Below are positions 24,659-38,384 of a stretch of DNA of 64,000 bases, one piece after another. The position numbers and the translations under genes were made by a program. Numbering within the stretch: the first letter of the stretch is position 1; every line of letters begins with the position of its first letter. The stretch is taken from positions 118,546,001-118,610,000 of the forward strand of contig NC_058368.1 of assembly GCF_018350175.1 (NCBI RefSeq), given 5' to 3'. The notes beneath the pieces were generated by a model. That model worked only from the letters and a program-made list of their open reading frames with translations, searched no databases and was not told the DNA's origin. The DNA comes from Felis catus. Taxonomy: Eukaryota.

Positions 24659-27600
24659 AAGCAGCTTAATTTCCTTTCTTGGTGTCTGCATTTTTAGATG
24701 TGGCATATGTCATCTTTGATGTCAGCAGTTGGTTGTGAGACAGGCCTCTGACTGGGGAGATTTCTCTTGTGGGTGTGTTTCTGTTTTGTGTCTTTTTCTG
24801 CCATCTAAGTCAGATGTACTCAAACCTGTTTTAGTGTTGCCTGTAGATGGCTGCTCTTCACAAATTTTAGCCTCTGGAATTCAGTTCCAGTGAACATTTA
24901 TTGAGTACAAACTGTGTACCACCCACTATTTGGTGGTCAGTGTTAGCAAGTGAACAGATGGCACATCTGCCCATGTAACATAGTTCCTTTTTCCCTTCTC
25001 TTGTGGTACCTTTCTCCAGTTCCGTTGGAGTGGTTAGTTCTTTTTAGCTGAACATCTCTTTGGTTTTTATCACCTCCATGCAAGACACTCCACAGAGGCT
25101 TTCTGTGTGCACATGTCTACAGCAAACGTGTATGGATGTGATGTTTCGTAGCTTCAGTCTCACTCCTCATAGGTGTGGAGCTTTCAACAATCTGTTTCAA
25201 GCACCTGCTTGTTTCACTACCTTCTCTGATTGGCTGGCTCTTCAACTCCTGACCCTGGGCAACACTGTCTATGTCATGCTAGTTCAGTATTTCAGGACTT
25301 GACAAAATTAAGTCAGCCGGTCCTATATGGATAAGACCGTTGCTTTATTTTTATTGTTCTGGTGAGGATTTACAGAGTACCAGGTAAGGAGAGACATACC
25401 AGAAGACAATGACTCTCCCTTGTACCTCAAGAGACAGAGCAACTACGTATTATCTCTGCCCCGAAGGTCAGCTTCAGCTGTCCACCTAGGATGGGGCCAC
25501 AGAATGGTGTCATTTTGCTACAAAAGATGACTTCCTGCAGAACTTTGGTGGGCACAGTGCTCTTGGGGTGGGGCACACCAACACTAGAATTGCTTTTTGG
25601 AGACCTGGTCCCTCACGGTACCTGCTCATATCTGTTGACTTCTTTGGACCCCTGAGGGGCATGTTTCTCCTATTTGGTTACACATGGTGCAAGGCGGGCA
25701 AGTGTGATCTCTAAGCAAAAGGTTTGTGTTCTGTTTTGTTTTTTGTCTGTTTTACAAGGGATCTGCAAACATTACGTGTCGTAATCCTAAAGCTAATCTC
25801 TGGGAAAGGGCGTCCAGACTTTGTGCGATGTTACTAAAGACTGTTAGGCAGTAGTCAAGTTGTGTTAATATCACTCTTCCTATAAAATAGAATGTTTGTC
25901 CCCATAAAATGGGATTTTTTTTTGAGCACTTTTTAGAGTATTCACCCACTTTAGAGCCCAAACAAGGTTATGCTTTCTTTCTCTGCCCCTGTGGTAAGAG
26001 TCTTGGCTGAACCCATATCTACCCCCTGGTTTCTGGTAGAGTCCATTGTGATTGTAATTGAAAATTGCCAGCATTACCTCTCCTCTGTGTTGTAAGTATA
26101 TTTTTGTACGAGTTGACGAATTACTCTCCTCACTCACTCCAGCCCTTCTGGAGGCATTAATTTGGTCCTGTTTTCTTTCCAGCTCTCTGTTTTCTTTCTC
26201 TCTAAAAACACTCAGTTTCCTTGTTAGTCCAGATTACCTGCTTCCCATCGGGATCGCTGTACATCCCCTCCTGGGAATTTGCCAGGTCTTCCTGCCTAGA
26301 TCAGTGACTCACAAGTAGCCTAGAACCTGGTACATAGTCCTCTCAGGACACATGGAATAAGTGCATGAAACTTGACCAGTGGCCAGTGGTGAGAGAACAT
26401 CAACTTAAATGTGTTTCTGGTGTTTTGGTGCCCACCCTGTGTCTTCATGGGACATGGGAGTTTCTTTCTTAGGGTTTTTGTTTATTCAGAAACCTGCAGT
26501 TTGCCTGTTTACTAACACATTTGATGGAGGGCTAATTCCAGCATTGCTTAAATGCCATCAATTCAAAGACCTGCTATCAATTTAATAATCACTTTTGGGG
26601 AGTAAGAAGGAAACATTTTATTAAATATAAACAAGGATTATAAGGTTCATTTCAATTTTTGGAAAAAAAAGTTTTAGAATCAAGGTGTATTCAAACTCCT
26701 AGTGATGTTCTGTGATTAGCCTGGAGAAAAACTATGTAGACAAGACTTTTGTGGGAGGAGGGACTTTGGAGACTCCTTTAAAAATCTAGTGAATATTATG
26801 GACTATCTAAAGACAAAAAAAACAAAAAAAATGAATGTATCCAGGAAAGAAATTTTGGCGTAACGTTTATGAGGGTTTATAGATCCTTTGAATCCACCCA
26901 GTTGCAAATCTCTGGCATCAAGAATTCCAAAATAGCATGTCCTTGTTTGACCCTGTTGGGAATGCTCTCCCAGGAATGACCAAAGAAGACATCTTGGAAT
27001 GTTTTATATCAGGAACCTTGTTTAGGTTATTAACACTGAAAGACTCTGTAGGCCTATAATAGGGAAAATGGAAGTCAATAATGACCAGTTCCAGATGTTA
27101 GACTCACTGTAGCCAGTCTCAGTCTCATGGTCCAGGACATGTCTCATGCTGTCCCCATGCAACATGTAGCACCCTCGGAGTGAATCCTTGCAAAGCTTGA
27201 TGCTTGCTTGGCTTTGCTCACTCCAAATGCCAGAATCTTGGCTGCAGCAATGTGTGGAGTCCAGCCAGCCCAGTTATTTCTTTAGAGCAATCTCTGGAGG
27301 GCTTCTTTTATTTCGGACTTTTGAAGACAACAGAGGATTAGTTGAGAATGCTTAGACCCACATTTTATAATGAAGCTGCACATGGTTTTAAGCATAATTT
27401 TGACAATAGAGTCTCTTGTTTATCTGTTTTCATTATCTCAGTCCCTGAAGTTAGGAGTTTATTACCTAGGGAAGCAGAAGTTGTGATTAATTGAAACCAT
27501 GAACTGATGACAGACCAGTAATAAACTTAGTCATAGCTCAACCACTTGTCCTCCTTACTTAACACTTTCATTTATTTTAGGACATCTTCTTTGTGTCCTG

Positions 27601-29304
27601 GTCTGTCTCCAGATGGCAGATAAACATCAAAAGCAAGAGAAAGATAAATCATCTTACAAAAGTTGTGGGATTTTAGGAAGTTCACCTGAGTAGATTGACC
27701 ATCTTTTTAACTTGTGCTGTTAAAGTTGAAGTTAAAGGTTATCTTACAGCATTATCATAAAATCTTACAGGAAAGAATGTATTTTCCATCAGTAGTCTTT
27801 TAAGATTTTGTGCACAGTTGAAACAAGCACTTATATCTTAATTAAAGGCTCTTTGATTATTTGATCTTTCTAGATCAAGTCCTAATAAGTTCCCCTACCG
27901 CTATCTAAGGACCACTCTTTGACCATAAAATGTGGGTCTTCGCGTTAAGGATATTTGCTTTGTGGCTTGTCTTTGTATCAGTTATCTTGTGGTAATAAAG
28001 CCCTCTTTCTGATACATGCATACGGTGATGCATGATAGACAGTGGGTTTGGGTCTGATTTTCAGCATCCTCTTACCAAGGAGAGTCTTCTCTGGTTTGCT
28101 GTAGATTGCTGCCCTACCCTGTTCTTACTCCTGCTGCTGTGTATCTTCTTGCATTGCAGTGTCCCCTACTTTTCACAGAATGTGCTCCAGCACCCTCGTG
28201 TGACACCTAAGAGCTCAGTTCTAAGTGCAGAGGATTTAGTGAGTGAACTACGAAGGAAACTTGTGCCTGTAACCCTGCAAACTCCCCAGACTCCTGGGTC
28301 CTTCCACGGTCACACATTACCTCGTGTACATGCTCTGGTTTCCAGCCTACAGAGGTAATTGAAGTGCGGCAGAGGCTCCACAAAACTTTTCTGGACACGT
28401 TTTTATTTCATGATGTTTGAGTTCAGAATAACTTGCAACTTTAATATAATGTGAGCTCTGTTTAAAGTAACAGGGGAATACGTAGAAAGGCCCTTCCCTC
28501 TGTTTGTTTTAAAATAAAAATCAGTAATGAAAAATTCAAAGGATAGATAGGAACATTTGAACAGAGGTCTCAATCTTTCATGACCATTTTTTATTCAAGG
28601 AGGATTCTTTAGACTTTAAGTCATATGTTCAGATATCTGTTCCCCTCCCTTCAGTCTGACTTGATACCCAGATTATGTTTAAAATAAGTGTTAGGATTGT
28701 GTTCATTCAGCTTTTATGCAAAGATAAGCTCTATAAAATAAAATGCCTAAATATTTACTTAACCTCAAGATTGAAAAGTCTTGAAATACTGGTATGATCA
28801 GAGCTAAAAATAAACGCAGCAATCCTACACTGAATATGTTAAAAATAAGCAATATTAGCAGATTTTTGTTTTGCAACCTTCTTTAAATATTTGTGACTTT
28901 GAGATGGAGATGTGCTAACATTGCAGGAGAAGATGAGTATCGTTTGAAAATTACACACATAGAGAAAAATGTGCATATTTGCTTTTAGTTTGGTTTTCTC
29001 ATGTAGTAAGGGATGATTAATCTCATGGATGGTCAGAGCTGAAAGAGACTTTAGCAATCAGCTTAAGCATTTCCTTCATTTACAGTAGGAGAAAGGTCTG
29101 CAGAAGGAAAACGAATTGCCTGCCAGATCTCTCAAGCAAAGGGTGGCAGAGCCAAGACCAAAACCCAGGGATGCTAGCTTCTACTTGTACGCACTTTTCA
29201 CTGTGCCATGCTATCATATGGACATTTGTAAGAATGAGGTGGTAAGAGCTCACGTATTCACTCGTTTTATCATGGCAAGCTTACTGGACACCCCTTTCAC
29301 CCAA

Positions 29305-29867
29305 TATGTGAATTTTCTATTGCTGTGTAACAAATCACCACAAAGTGAGTGGCTTAAAACAACCCCTCGTAGATCTGAAGCTCGGGAAGCCAGCTTGATG
29401 TGTCTGGGTTCTCTGCCCAGGCTGAAATCAAGGTGTTGGCTGGCTGTGTTGTCTTCTGGATTCAGAGTCCTCTTCCAAACACATCACTCTTGTGATTGGC
29501 ACAATTCAGTTTCCTGTGGTCCTAGGCCTTGAGTCCACAATTACTTGCTTGCTGTCCGCGTGGGCCCCCTGTAGCATCTGGCAGTGGTCCTGCATTCCTA
29601 GTCCTGCGGCCTCTTCCGTTTCCAAGCCAACAGCAGTATGTGGAACCTTCCTACACTTGAAATCGCTCTGCTGTTTCCTTTTGCTACCCACTTGAGGAGA
29701 CTCTCAGCTTTTGAAGGACTCATATGAATAGATGAGGCCGATTCAGATACTCTCTGTATTTTAATAGCTGATTTGGGACTATAATTACATCTTCAAACTC
29801 ATTTAGCTTAGTACTTGAATTAGTGTTTGAATCTTGGAGGAGCCATCTTTAGAATTCTGCCGACCAC
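29305..29867 (-). mobile_element. MaLR solo LTR (MLT1E/F-like)
   Basis: ttctattgctgtgtaacaaatcaccacaaagtgagtggcttaaaacaac...ggctgaaatcaaggtgttggc...ttagaattctgccgaccaca. Confidence 0.82.
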
Positions 29868-29904
29868 ACCCAACTTACCAACTTAACTAGTTGCCAAACT
29901 TAAT

Positions 29905-30120
29905 ATTTGTTTTTGTTTTTATTTTATTTTTGAGAAAGCGTGTGAGCAAGTGAGCATGAGCGGGGGAGGGGCAGAGAGAAAGGGAGACACAGAATCCAAA
30001 GCAGGCTCCAGGCTCTGAGTTGTCAGCACAAAGCCCTACACAGGGCTCAAACTCCCAAACCGTGAGATCATGATCTGAGCCTAAGTCAGATGCTTAACCA
30101 ACTGAGCCACCCAGGTGCTC
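29905..30120 (-). mobile_element. CanSINE
   Basis: Antisense body ending gagccacccaggtgctc. Confidence 0.92.
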
Positions 30121-30629
30121 TTGCAAAACTCTAGACAAACTTTACCATCTGTGACACTTTGAACCTTGAAATAAAGACAACTGCGTCAGATTTGTCTCTT
30201 TTTGTATTCCAAAGGCCTGGTGATAGAAATGACCTCTGGGCCACAATAACTGTCATAAAATCCAGGCACTTGATTGCACAGAAAAGACAGTGTCATGCAT
30301 AGCCTGGTGGTCATAGCTGGAAGTTGTTTCCAAATAAGGCAGCTGGAATAGCTTGATGGAGGAGGAAGTGATTTTTGGTAGAACTGGAAGAAAGAAATTG
30401 TATTACAAAAACGTGGTTGGTTCAGACACTTCTGCCCTTCTCGTGAATGATGCACCAAATAATAATACTGAGCCAAAGTCAGTAAGAAAAACTATATTCC
30501 ACATACTCAGTTGAAGAATAGAAAATCTATGGTTAATGTGAAAGAAATTCTTATCAAAAAGTAGCTTAACATTTGGCCACGTAAAAAGACTAAGCTGAAT
30601 GAGAAAAGTAGTTGAGGTAAGCAGTTCCC

Positions 30630-31100
30630 CAATGGCTTCTTACTCATTTACGGTAAAACCCAAATCCCTGGGTGGCTAGAAAGGCCAGCCTTGCTGGCCA
30701 TCTTTCTTTTATGTAGCACACTGAACTCTTTCCCACCTCAGGACCTTTGCACATACTATTCTGCCTCTCTATAGTCTTCTTTCAGCTTTTTGTGTGCTTT
30801 TTTATTTAGTTCACTCTTTCTTCTTCAGATGTCAGGCTAAGGGACACATTCTCAAAAAGGCTTTTTCTGATTACTTTATTTATAATATTACCATATTCTT
30901 TCCAGCCTCTAATACCTTCTGTCAAATCACTGTGCAGATCTCCTGTACAGCCTACACTGTTTGCTTGTTTATGGTTTGTCTCCTGCCTTTAGAATGTTAC
31001 TCTTTAATTTGGACTCTAACTCACCTTTGTCTCCCCAGTATCTAGATAGATCAGGGGTCTAGCATGTAGTGTACAGTCCCTATTTGTTGGATGTTTGAGT
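30630..31100 (+). mobile_element. L2 3' fragment
   Basis: cctcaggacctttgcacatactattc...tgtctcctgcctttagaatgt...tatttgttggatg. Confidence 0.65.
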
Positions 31101-32115
31101 CCAAACGTGCAAAGTTCCATTGTCACAAAGGGAAATCATGGCATAGCAGGGAGTAGCACTTTTCCTGAGCTTGAGGAGACCTCAGCCTGTCTCTTGACCT
31201 GTTGGTATTCCCCATGACCAGTTTGGTAATTGGAATAAGAATGGCCTAATGACTAGCCTGAGGTCATAGGACTAATCATAATAGGAGCTAACCTTAGTTT
31301 CCAGAACATTTGATATTTTCGTTTGTTCTCCCACAAGGAACTGGTCTGTTTTGGAAATACTCGATTTTTGAAGTCCTTGCTTTTCTTGAATGAAATTAAA
31401 TGAGCGCTAGTCATTTCATGTCCCATCTGAAGTGTTGGTTTGCACTTCTTACTCCCTTCATACTCTGCGTGCAAATTCTCTTCCAAGTTTGTTGTTGTCA
31501 CTTTCAGTGTCTGTTAAACAAAAATGATGACAGATTTATATCCCGGTGGAAATTACACATCTTTTGAACTCTGGCCAATGTTCCTCACCCTCAACACTCC
31601 CGGCTTTGTGAAAAACATCCTTTACCCTTTGAGATACTTGGGTGGTTGGTACCAAGACCAAATTAATGAGAAGCTTCAAAGGGTCAAGCAAAGCAGGAGG
31701 GATGCGAGTGGCAGAGAAATACATGGAGACTGTTTTCAAAATATAACCTTCTGTGTACTGGCCTCCTGCAGGTGATAACAGACATTTCATTCTCTACTAA
31801 AATTGAACCGAGGTGTCTTTTGTTTGGCCGAGTCCATGTGAATTTTACCCTGGCAAATGTGCTCTCTCAGGTTGTTGTTGGTTTTGCCCTTGTGTGTCTT
31901 TTAACTTCCTTGCAGCTTTCTAGAGTTTTCTTGTGTAAACAAGAATCCACTGTGTGCCATATGGGTGGGGTTGCTTTTGGCTTTGAACTACGTGAAGGAA
32001 TTAGGGGGATAAAAAGAATAGGAAAGCCAAGACCCTTTATGCCAGGTTTCCAGATCATCTGTATTGTGGGGCAGTGATAAGAGGACTGATACTGGCTATC
32101 TTTATAGTTTTAATC

Positions 32116-32321
32116 TTTTTTTTTTTTTTAAAGTTTATTTATTTATTGAGAGAGGGAGGGAGGGAGGGAGAGAGGGAGGGAGAGAGAAAGAAAAATTCCC
32201 AGGCAGGCGCCACTCTTCCGATCACAGAGCCTGACATGGGGCAGTCTCACAAGCCAGGGATCATGACCTGAGCTGAAATCAGGAGTCAGACACTTAAGCG
32301 ACTGAGCCACCCAGGCACCCC
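32116..32321 (-). mobile_element. CanSINE
   Basis: Imperfect TSD tatagtt(tt/gc)aatct. Confidence 0.9.
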
Positions 32322-33327
32322 TATAGTTGCAATCTATACCAGCGTTGTGCCAGCGTCCACTTGAACCCCCAGACAGGCAAATCAGATGAGCTGGGCATAG
32401 AACAGAGTGTGGGCCCAGCCTTTTACATTACTACAGGGATTGTTTAACTCTTAATACTTGAGTATCTCACTTGTAGACAGGTAAAGGAGGAGTAAGATAA
32501 CTTAACCGTCTGAGTCCACATATCCACACATTATAAAGGATCACTTTGCCTGGTTTACTGGAATTTCTGCAGTATTGTTTATAGATCATCAAATACTTAA
32601 CAGAGAGGAAAACTGAGAGCTGAAGTGTTGAAGTCATTAATGATTATAAAGCAATTAGAAACAGAGATAGGGCAGAATTAGATTATAATGATTTTTTAAA
32701 TGGGCTTGAGGATCAATGAGAAACCAAGATACAGCAAATGTGAAATTAAAATATTTTTGCTGGGCGTAATGTGTCTAGTTTAACTGATTGAAATCTGAAC
32801 TACTAGACTATCTGCAGAATTCTATAGAGGATACCTGGCAGTTGAAATAAGACATGTGGTAATAAAATTTAGCCCTTTGCCTTTATGGGTTTAAGTGTTG
32901 AGTTGAGGAGATTAGGACATTAAAAAGATGATCTTGCAGTATAAACAGGCTTGATACAGTTTCTCAAACTTGTTGTCTACAACCATCTTGGTTTTGGTCA
33001 TACTTCCATAACACTGGTTCTATTTATTAGTACTATTATGGTTACTATTATTGTATTATTATTATTTGGATTCATTTCACCTTTACTTACCAAACTGCCT
33101 TTAAAAAAATAAATGTGTTTCATACTACATAAATCACTATCTCTTACTGCTTAAGGGAACCTTAAAAATGAGTGGGAACAGAGCTATATTGGTCACTTCT
33201 AACTAGATACTTCTAACTAGATTTTGAAGACATGCTAATACCAAGTGGACTTCAGACGCTATTACAAAGCTTAAAAGAGAATGGGATTATACTCAACAAA
33301 AACTGTACTCTAGACATTAAACTTGCT

Positions 33328-33558
33328 GGGGCACCTGGGTGGCTCAGTCATTTGAACGTCTGAGTTTGCTTCAGGTCATGATCTTATGATTTGTGAGTTC
33401 GAGCCCCATGTTGGGCTCTGCTCTGACAGCTCAGAGCCTGGAGTCTGCTTGGGATTCTGTGTCTCCCTCTCTTTCTGCCCCTCCCCCTTTTTATCTACTT
33501 TGACTCTCTCTCTTTCCCTCACAAAAGTAAATAAAACATTAAAAAAATTATTTAAGAA
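33328..33558 (+). mobile_element. CanSINE
   Basis: TSD ACATTAAACTTGCT at 33314-33327 and 33559-33572. Confidence 0.95.
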
Positions 33559-33604
33559 ACATTAAACTTGCTAAGAAAGTTAATTTTAATTCTTCCCAAC
33601 ACTA

Positions 33605-33745
33605 GTAGAAACAGTAAGTATGTGGTTAGATAGAGGTGTTAGGCTGTTATGGCACTCATATTACAATATAAATGTATCAAGTCAGTATGTTGTATACCTT
33701 ACACTTAAACAGTGTTGCATGTTAAATATCAATTTATAAAAGAAC
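33605..33745 (+). mobile_element. Short L1 3' terminal fragment
   Basis: aatataaatgtatcaagtcagtatgttgtataccttacacttaaacagtgttgcatgttaaatatcaatt. Confidence 0.7.
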
Positions 33746-36570
33746 GGGAAGGGGATATCTCATGTGGTGACACAGTGTTTTTCAAGGATGTGTCTCTGGG
33801 CCAACTCAAATGTCTTGTACAGCAGCACAGATCTCACACTCGGGGAATACAGGCCATGTAGGATACTACCGGGATCAGCGTTGGTGATTTCGTTGGTCTT
33901 ACATGTGCTGGGAGTAGAGGCAAGCTTTTGAAAGCCATTCGGGTGTAAATAGGTGGAGCACAGTGATTTAAGGGGCTTGTCAATATTTGTAGTTTAGTGT
34001 AATCTTCCGTAGACAGTTCTAATATAAGACTTTCATTTTCTCTCTCCTGGTCCGTTCCGCCTTGCATTTTGGACAGTTGGGTTTCTTTTTCTAGCGATCT
34101 GCTTTGCAGCATTGCAGAATGGCAGGTTTGTTTTGTTTTTGTTTTTGCTTTTTGTATGTCTGGGATGGTGGAGAAAAGCGTATAGGAGAGATATATTGGC
34201 GCATGCTGCCCTTTGTTTCTTTGAGGACTGAGGTCCGAGTGGTGTCACAGCATAGTGTAGGAGAGGAATACCCAGGTATCCCTGTGTCGGGATGACTTTT
34301 GGCTGAGTTGGAATTACATGATTCATGACTCCTGTCCCCCTGCTTCCCAGCTGGGGACATCAGTATTGGTCTTTTAATATTTCAGGATCCTTTCACATAC
34401 CTGATCTCATTTTTTCTGCATGCCCTCTGTTGGTGTGGGAAGCATAATTAAGAAGGTAAATACTGTGTAAAAAGTATGTGTAAATATTTGGCCTCCCAGT
34501 TGCAAACAGAAATAACTTGAGTTATGCTCAACACTGCTTCCTTCCATTAATGTGTGTAATAAAGTGTTGATATTAGGCATGTTTAATTGTTAACTCTCTT
34601 TAGAAAAGCCATATCACTATTAAAAGCCTTAGGTTTTTTCATGGCTTTTGTTCTGATAATCCCATTGCTGTAAATAATTATCTCAAGTCCATAATCAAAA
34701 ATAAGAAAATGGGAATAATCTGTGTTTTCACCAATAGGGCAATTAGTAAACTATGGTTTGACCACTCTTTGAGTGTTGATACTGCTATTAAAACCATAAA
34801 TATTGAATGAGGAAAAGTACTTAAGAGCTTATGAGAGCATATGTGTGTTAGGATGATAACTGTGTAAATTCACACAACACACACAAAAACTCAGAGAAAA
34901 CATAAGAAAATAAAGCAGCTGCAATTAAGATGTTGAATTTTTTTAATAAAAAATTATTCTTAATGTTCTTTCAGTGCTATAATATTTTTGTCAGGGATAA
35001 TGCTCAGGAGCAGAAGAAAAAAAAGTTCAAACTTGATCACATATGTATAAAAACAAGAGACAGTAAGACAAAGTCAACTCCAGTTGTATGAGAAGTCAAC
35101 TAAAAGGGAATGTTACTAGAATCTTAAGCTTCAGCATTATTAGAAGGTGTGTATAGTATCAATTTAGCTTTTGATTGTTTAATGGTACCTCCCAGTCTCA
35201 GATACCCACTGTGCTTAGCCAAGCCAAGCACAATGCTTGGCTTATTGGCATTCATGAAGGGATAGATGATAGGTGGATGGATGGTTACGTGGATAGTTTC
35301 TAAGAACATAAATCCCAATCGGAATTTAATGTGAAAACGGTTGGGAAAAAGAATATCCTTCAAACATGACTGTATTTCAAAGACCAGTTAGGCCCTGAGA
35401 TAAGTAGAGTAGGGTAGATGGGATAGGAAAGAAACACTAATTAGAACCAAGAGGATCTACTTGGATTAGGCTTAATGAACACCACCAAGATAAGTAAAGG
35501 ATCCAGTTTGTTAAAGAACAGAGATCCTTCAGGGCTGAAGAAGTCATGTTCTTGTGGATATGGAGGTAGGAGAGGCTGGGGATTCTATTGGCTGGAGATG
35601 AGGTCAGTGATGAGTGGAATTGGCTAGAAGCTCTCGATAACCCTAGAGGGGTAGACCATGCTGCACCTTGGGGCCAGAAGGGTTCAAATGAGCCTTATAT
35701 CCAGAGTCGTTTCAGACAGGGCTCCTTGGTCATGGGTAGCTTGTCTGGGACATTTCTTTTCCCTTCATCATCCTCATCACCACCAGACTAGAACTACTGC
35801 TGTCATTGTCATTATCATCTCCTCCCACTTTGCTGTTCCCTCCTCTAATCCTTGTAACAGCTCTGAAGCTAGGTCAACACAGATTGAGTGATTTGCCTGA
35901 AATCATACAGCTAGTAAGTTAGCAAATGTAGAATTGGAGCCCAGATCATCTGGTGTGAGAGCCAGTTCTCTTATGCATTGTAATTCTGCACAGTAGCCCC
36001 CAGATGGACGGTTATATCCATTCAGTTATTCATAATAAAGACCCTAAAACAACTTCTCAGCTTCTCCTCTCAAAAAATCACATTAGGATCTGCAGATTGC
36101 TTTTTATGTAATAGATCTCAAAAAATTTTTAGCATGCAAATATGATATATGCTCTTAAGAATCCAGATGGTATGGTAGAAGGAGTATGAAGAAGGAAGAA
36201 TAATTACCCGAATTCCCACCTTATATAGATGGCTGCAGGTAACATTTTAACGACTATCATTTTAGTCTCTTTGAATACCAATATATGTACATTAATGGGA
36301 TTGCACTTCATTGTTCTGTACATTTATGTTTATATACACATATGTATGTGTATATTAGTGGGATTGTGCTTTGCACGCTCATTGGGTTTTTGTGCTCTTT
36401 GGTTGTGACAGAGATCCTACCATGTTAGTGAATTTAGGTATCATGCTCTTTGACCTGGAATTGTGTCTTTATTTTCCAGCAGTGTGCTGGCACATACTAG
36501 ATGCTCAATAAATATTTGTTTAAGGAATCATATTGCTTCTATTGTTTTATGCCATAATATTTAAGTAGTC

Positions 36571-36792
36571 TTTTTTTTTTTTTAATGTTTCTTTGTGAGA
36601 GAGAGACAGAGACAGAGAGAAAGAGTGTGAGCAGGGGAGGGGCAGAGAGAGGGGGAGACGAAGAATCCTAAGCAGGCTCCAGGCTCTGAGCTGTGAGCAC
36701 AGAGCCCGACGCGGGGCTTGAACTCACGAACTGCAAGATCATGACCTGAGCTGAAGTCAGACGCTTAACTGACTGAGCCACCCAGGTGCTCC
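36571..36792 (-). mobile_element. CanSINE
   Basis: Full-length; TSD gtagtcttttt. Confidence 0.95.
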
Positions 36793-37467
36793 TTACGTAG
36801 TCTTTTTAATGAACATGTAGTTTGTTTCCTGTTTTCACTGTTACAAATAACACTGTACCCCCATTTCAGGTAGGCTTGTCATTTTGTGAAGAAACCTTTG
36901 TAGGGCAGCAGGCTCTTGACAAGGTGAGGACAAAGCATTTTCCCCCTCCATCCAGCTGGACATTTGTTGGCTACTGTAGATCATTCCCACTAGAGACAAT
37001 TATGCTTGAGATTATTCCCTCCTCCAACAGAGGCCAGATTTAAACAAACAAATGAAGCTGAATTTTATGTTGGTCTGTTCTTTGGGGACTCTGTATTTTT
37101 TGTGGGTAAAGACACCAGTTGAATTAGTTCTTGCCTTTTTCTTCAGGTATGGTCATTTTCTCCTAACTGAGTTAGCAGAGGAAGAGAAATTAAATGCCAG
37201 AAACGCTTATTGTTCCGGTTAGAGTAGTGGTTCTCACCTTTCTGGAACCTGAGAGACCTGTGAGAATGTAAGGAAGCTGTGGACTCTATTCTTAGAGAAA
37301 TGTCTTTGTGTGTCCAGAGCGTCAGGGCCCCTGGAGGTGAGGGGTACGGGGTGAGAACTGCTGAACCTCGGTAGCTCTTTTCTCCCTGCCTTCCTGCCTC
37401 CAGCACTGTGCTCTTTTCATGGGATAGTGCTGCAGGGAAACTGCGGTGGGAAGTTCGGTGACTTTTA

Positions 37468-37729
37468 TTTATTTATTTTTATTTATTTATTTATTTTTAT
37501 TTATTTTTATTTATTTATTTATTTTTTCAACGTTTGTTCATTTCTGGGACAGAGAGAGACAGAGCATGAACGGGGGAGGGGCAGAGAGAGAGGGAGACAC
37601 AGAATGGGAAACAGGCTCCAGGCTCTGAGCCATCAGCCCAGAGCCCGACTCGGGGCTCGAACTCACGGACCGCGAGATCGTGACCTGGCTGAAGTCGGAC
37701 GCTTAACCGACTGCGCCACCCAGGCGCCC
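37468..37729 (-). mobile_element. Young SINEC_Fc with long (TTTA)n tail; 3' unit of a composite insertion
   Basis: Near-consensus young SINE; no TSD of its own. Confidence 0.96.
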
Positions 37730-37785
37730 TTCTTTTTGATTATTGACAGTGAAAATTTCTATTTTCTCTCATTTTTCCTTGGTAA

Positions 37786-37991
37786 TTTTTTTTAATGTTT
37801 ATTTTTGAGAGAGAGGGAAAGAGAACATGAGCAGGGGAGGGGCAGAGAGAGAGGGAGACACAGAATCGGAAACAGGCTCCAGGCTCCGAGCCATTAGCCC
37901 AGAGCCTGACGCGGGGCTCGAACTCATGGACCGCGAGATCGTGACCTGGCTGAAGTCGGACGCTTAACCGACTGTGCCACCCAGGCGCCCC
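37786..37991 (-). mobile_element. SINEC_Fc; 5' unit of a composite insertion
   Basis: Young head; shared TSD AGTTCGGTGACTTTTA at 37452-37467 and 37992-38007. Confidence 0.96.
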
Positions 37992-38384
37992 AGTTCGGTG
38001 ACTTTTAAAACAATAGTTGTTGCTGTGTGTGAGGGTTGGGGGGTGTATATAGAGAGTTAACAAATGATTCCTTTTTTGGTAGGCAGAAAGGAAGAACACA
38101 TCATTTTATTTTCCATCAATATATATAAGTGGCCGCAAATCAGATACCTTTTATGGATGCTGTTAGTAATGTAAAGCTAATGAACAGGGTGCTTATGAAA
38201 CATTTCTTGAGTAGGAGAACTGCTTGTAGTGAAATTTGCACCAAGCACAATGCTGCCACACGAGCCAGGAGCCCTTGAGCCAGTCTTCCTGCTGCTTCGG
38301 GTTATAGAATGACAGTAGAATGTGGTTTCCGCCCTTCAGGGGTTTGTGATCTAGCAGAAGGAGATGAACACACGAAGAAATAAA

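Noticed and set aside
37427..38099. Recurrent peptides such as ERQSMNGGGAEREGDTESETGSRL
   Set aside because: SINE translations, repeated at every SINE copy; not a protein family
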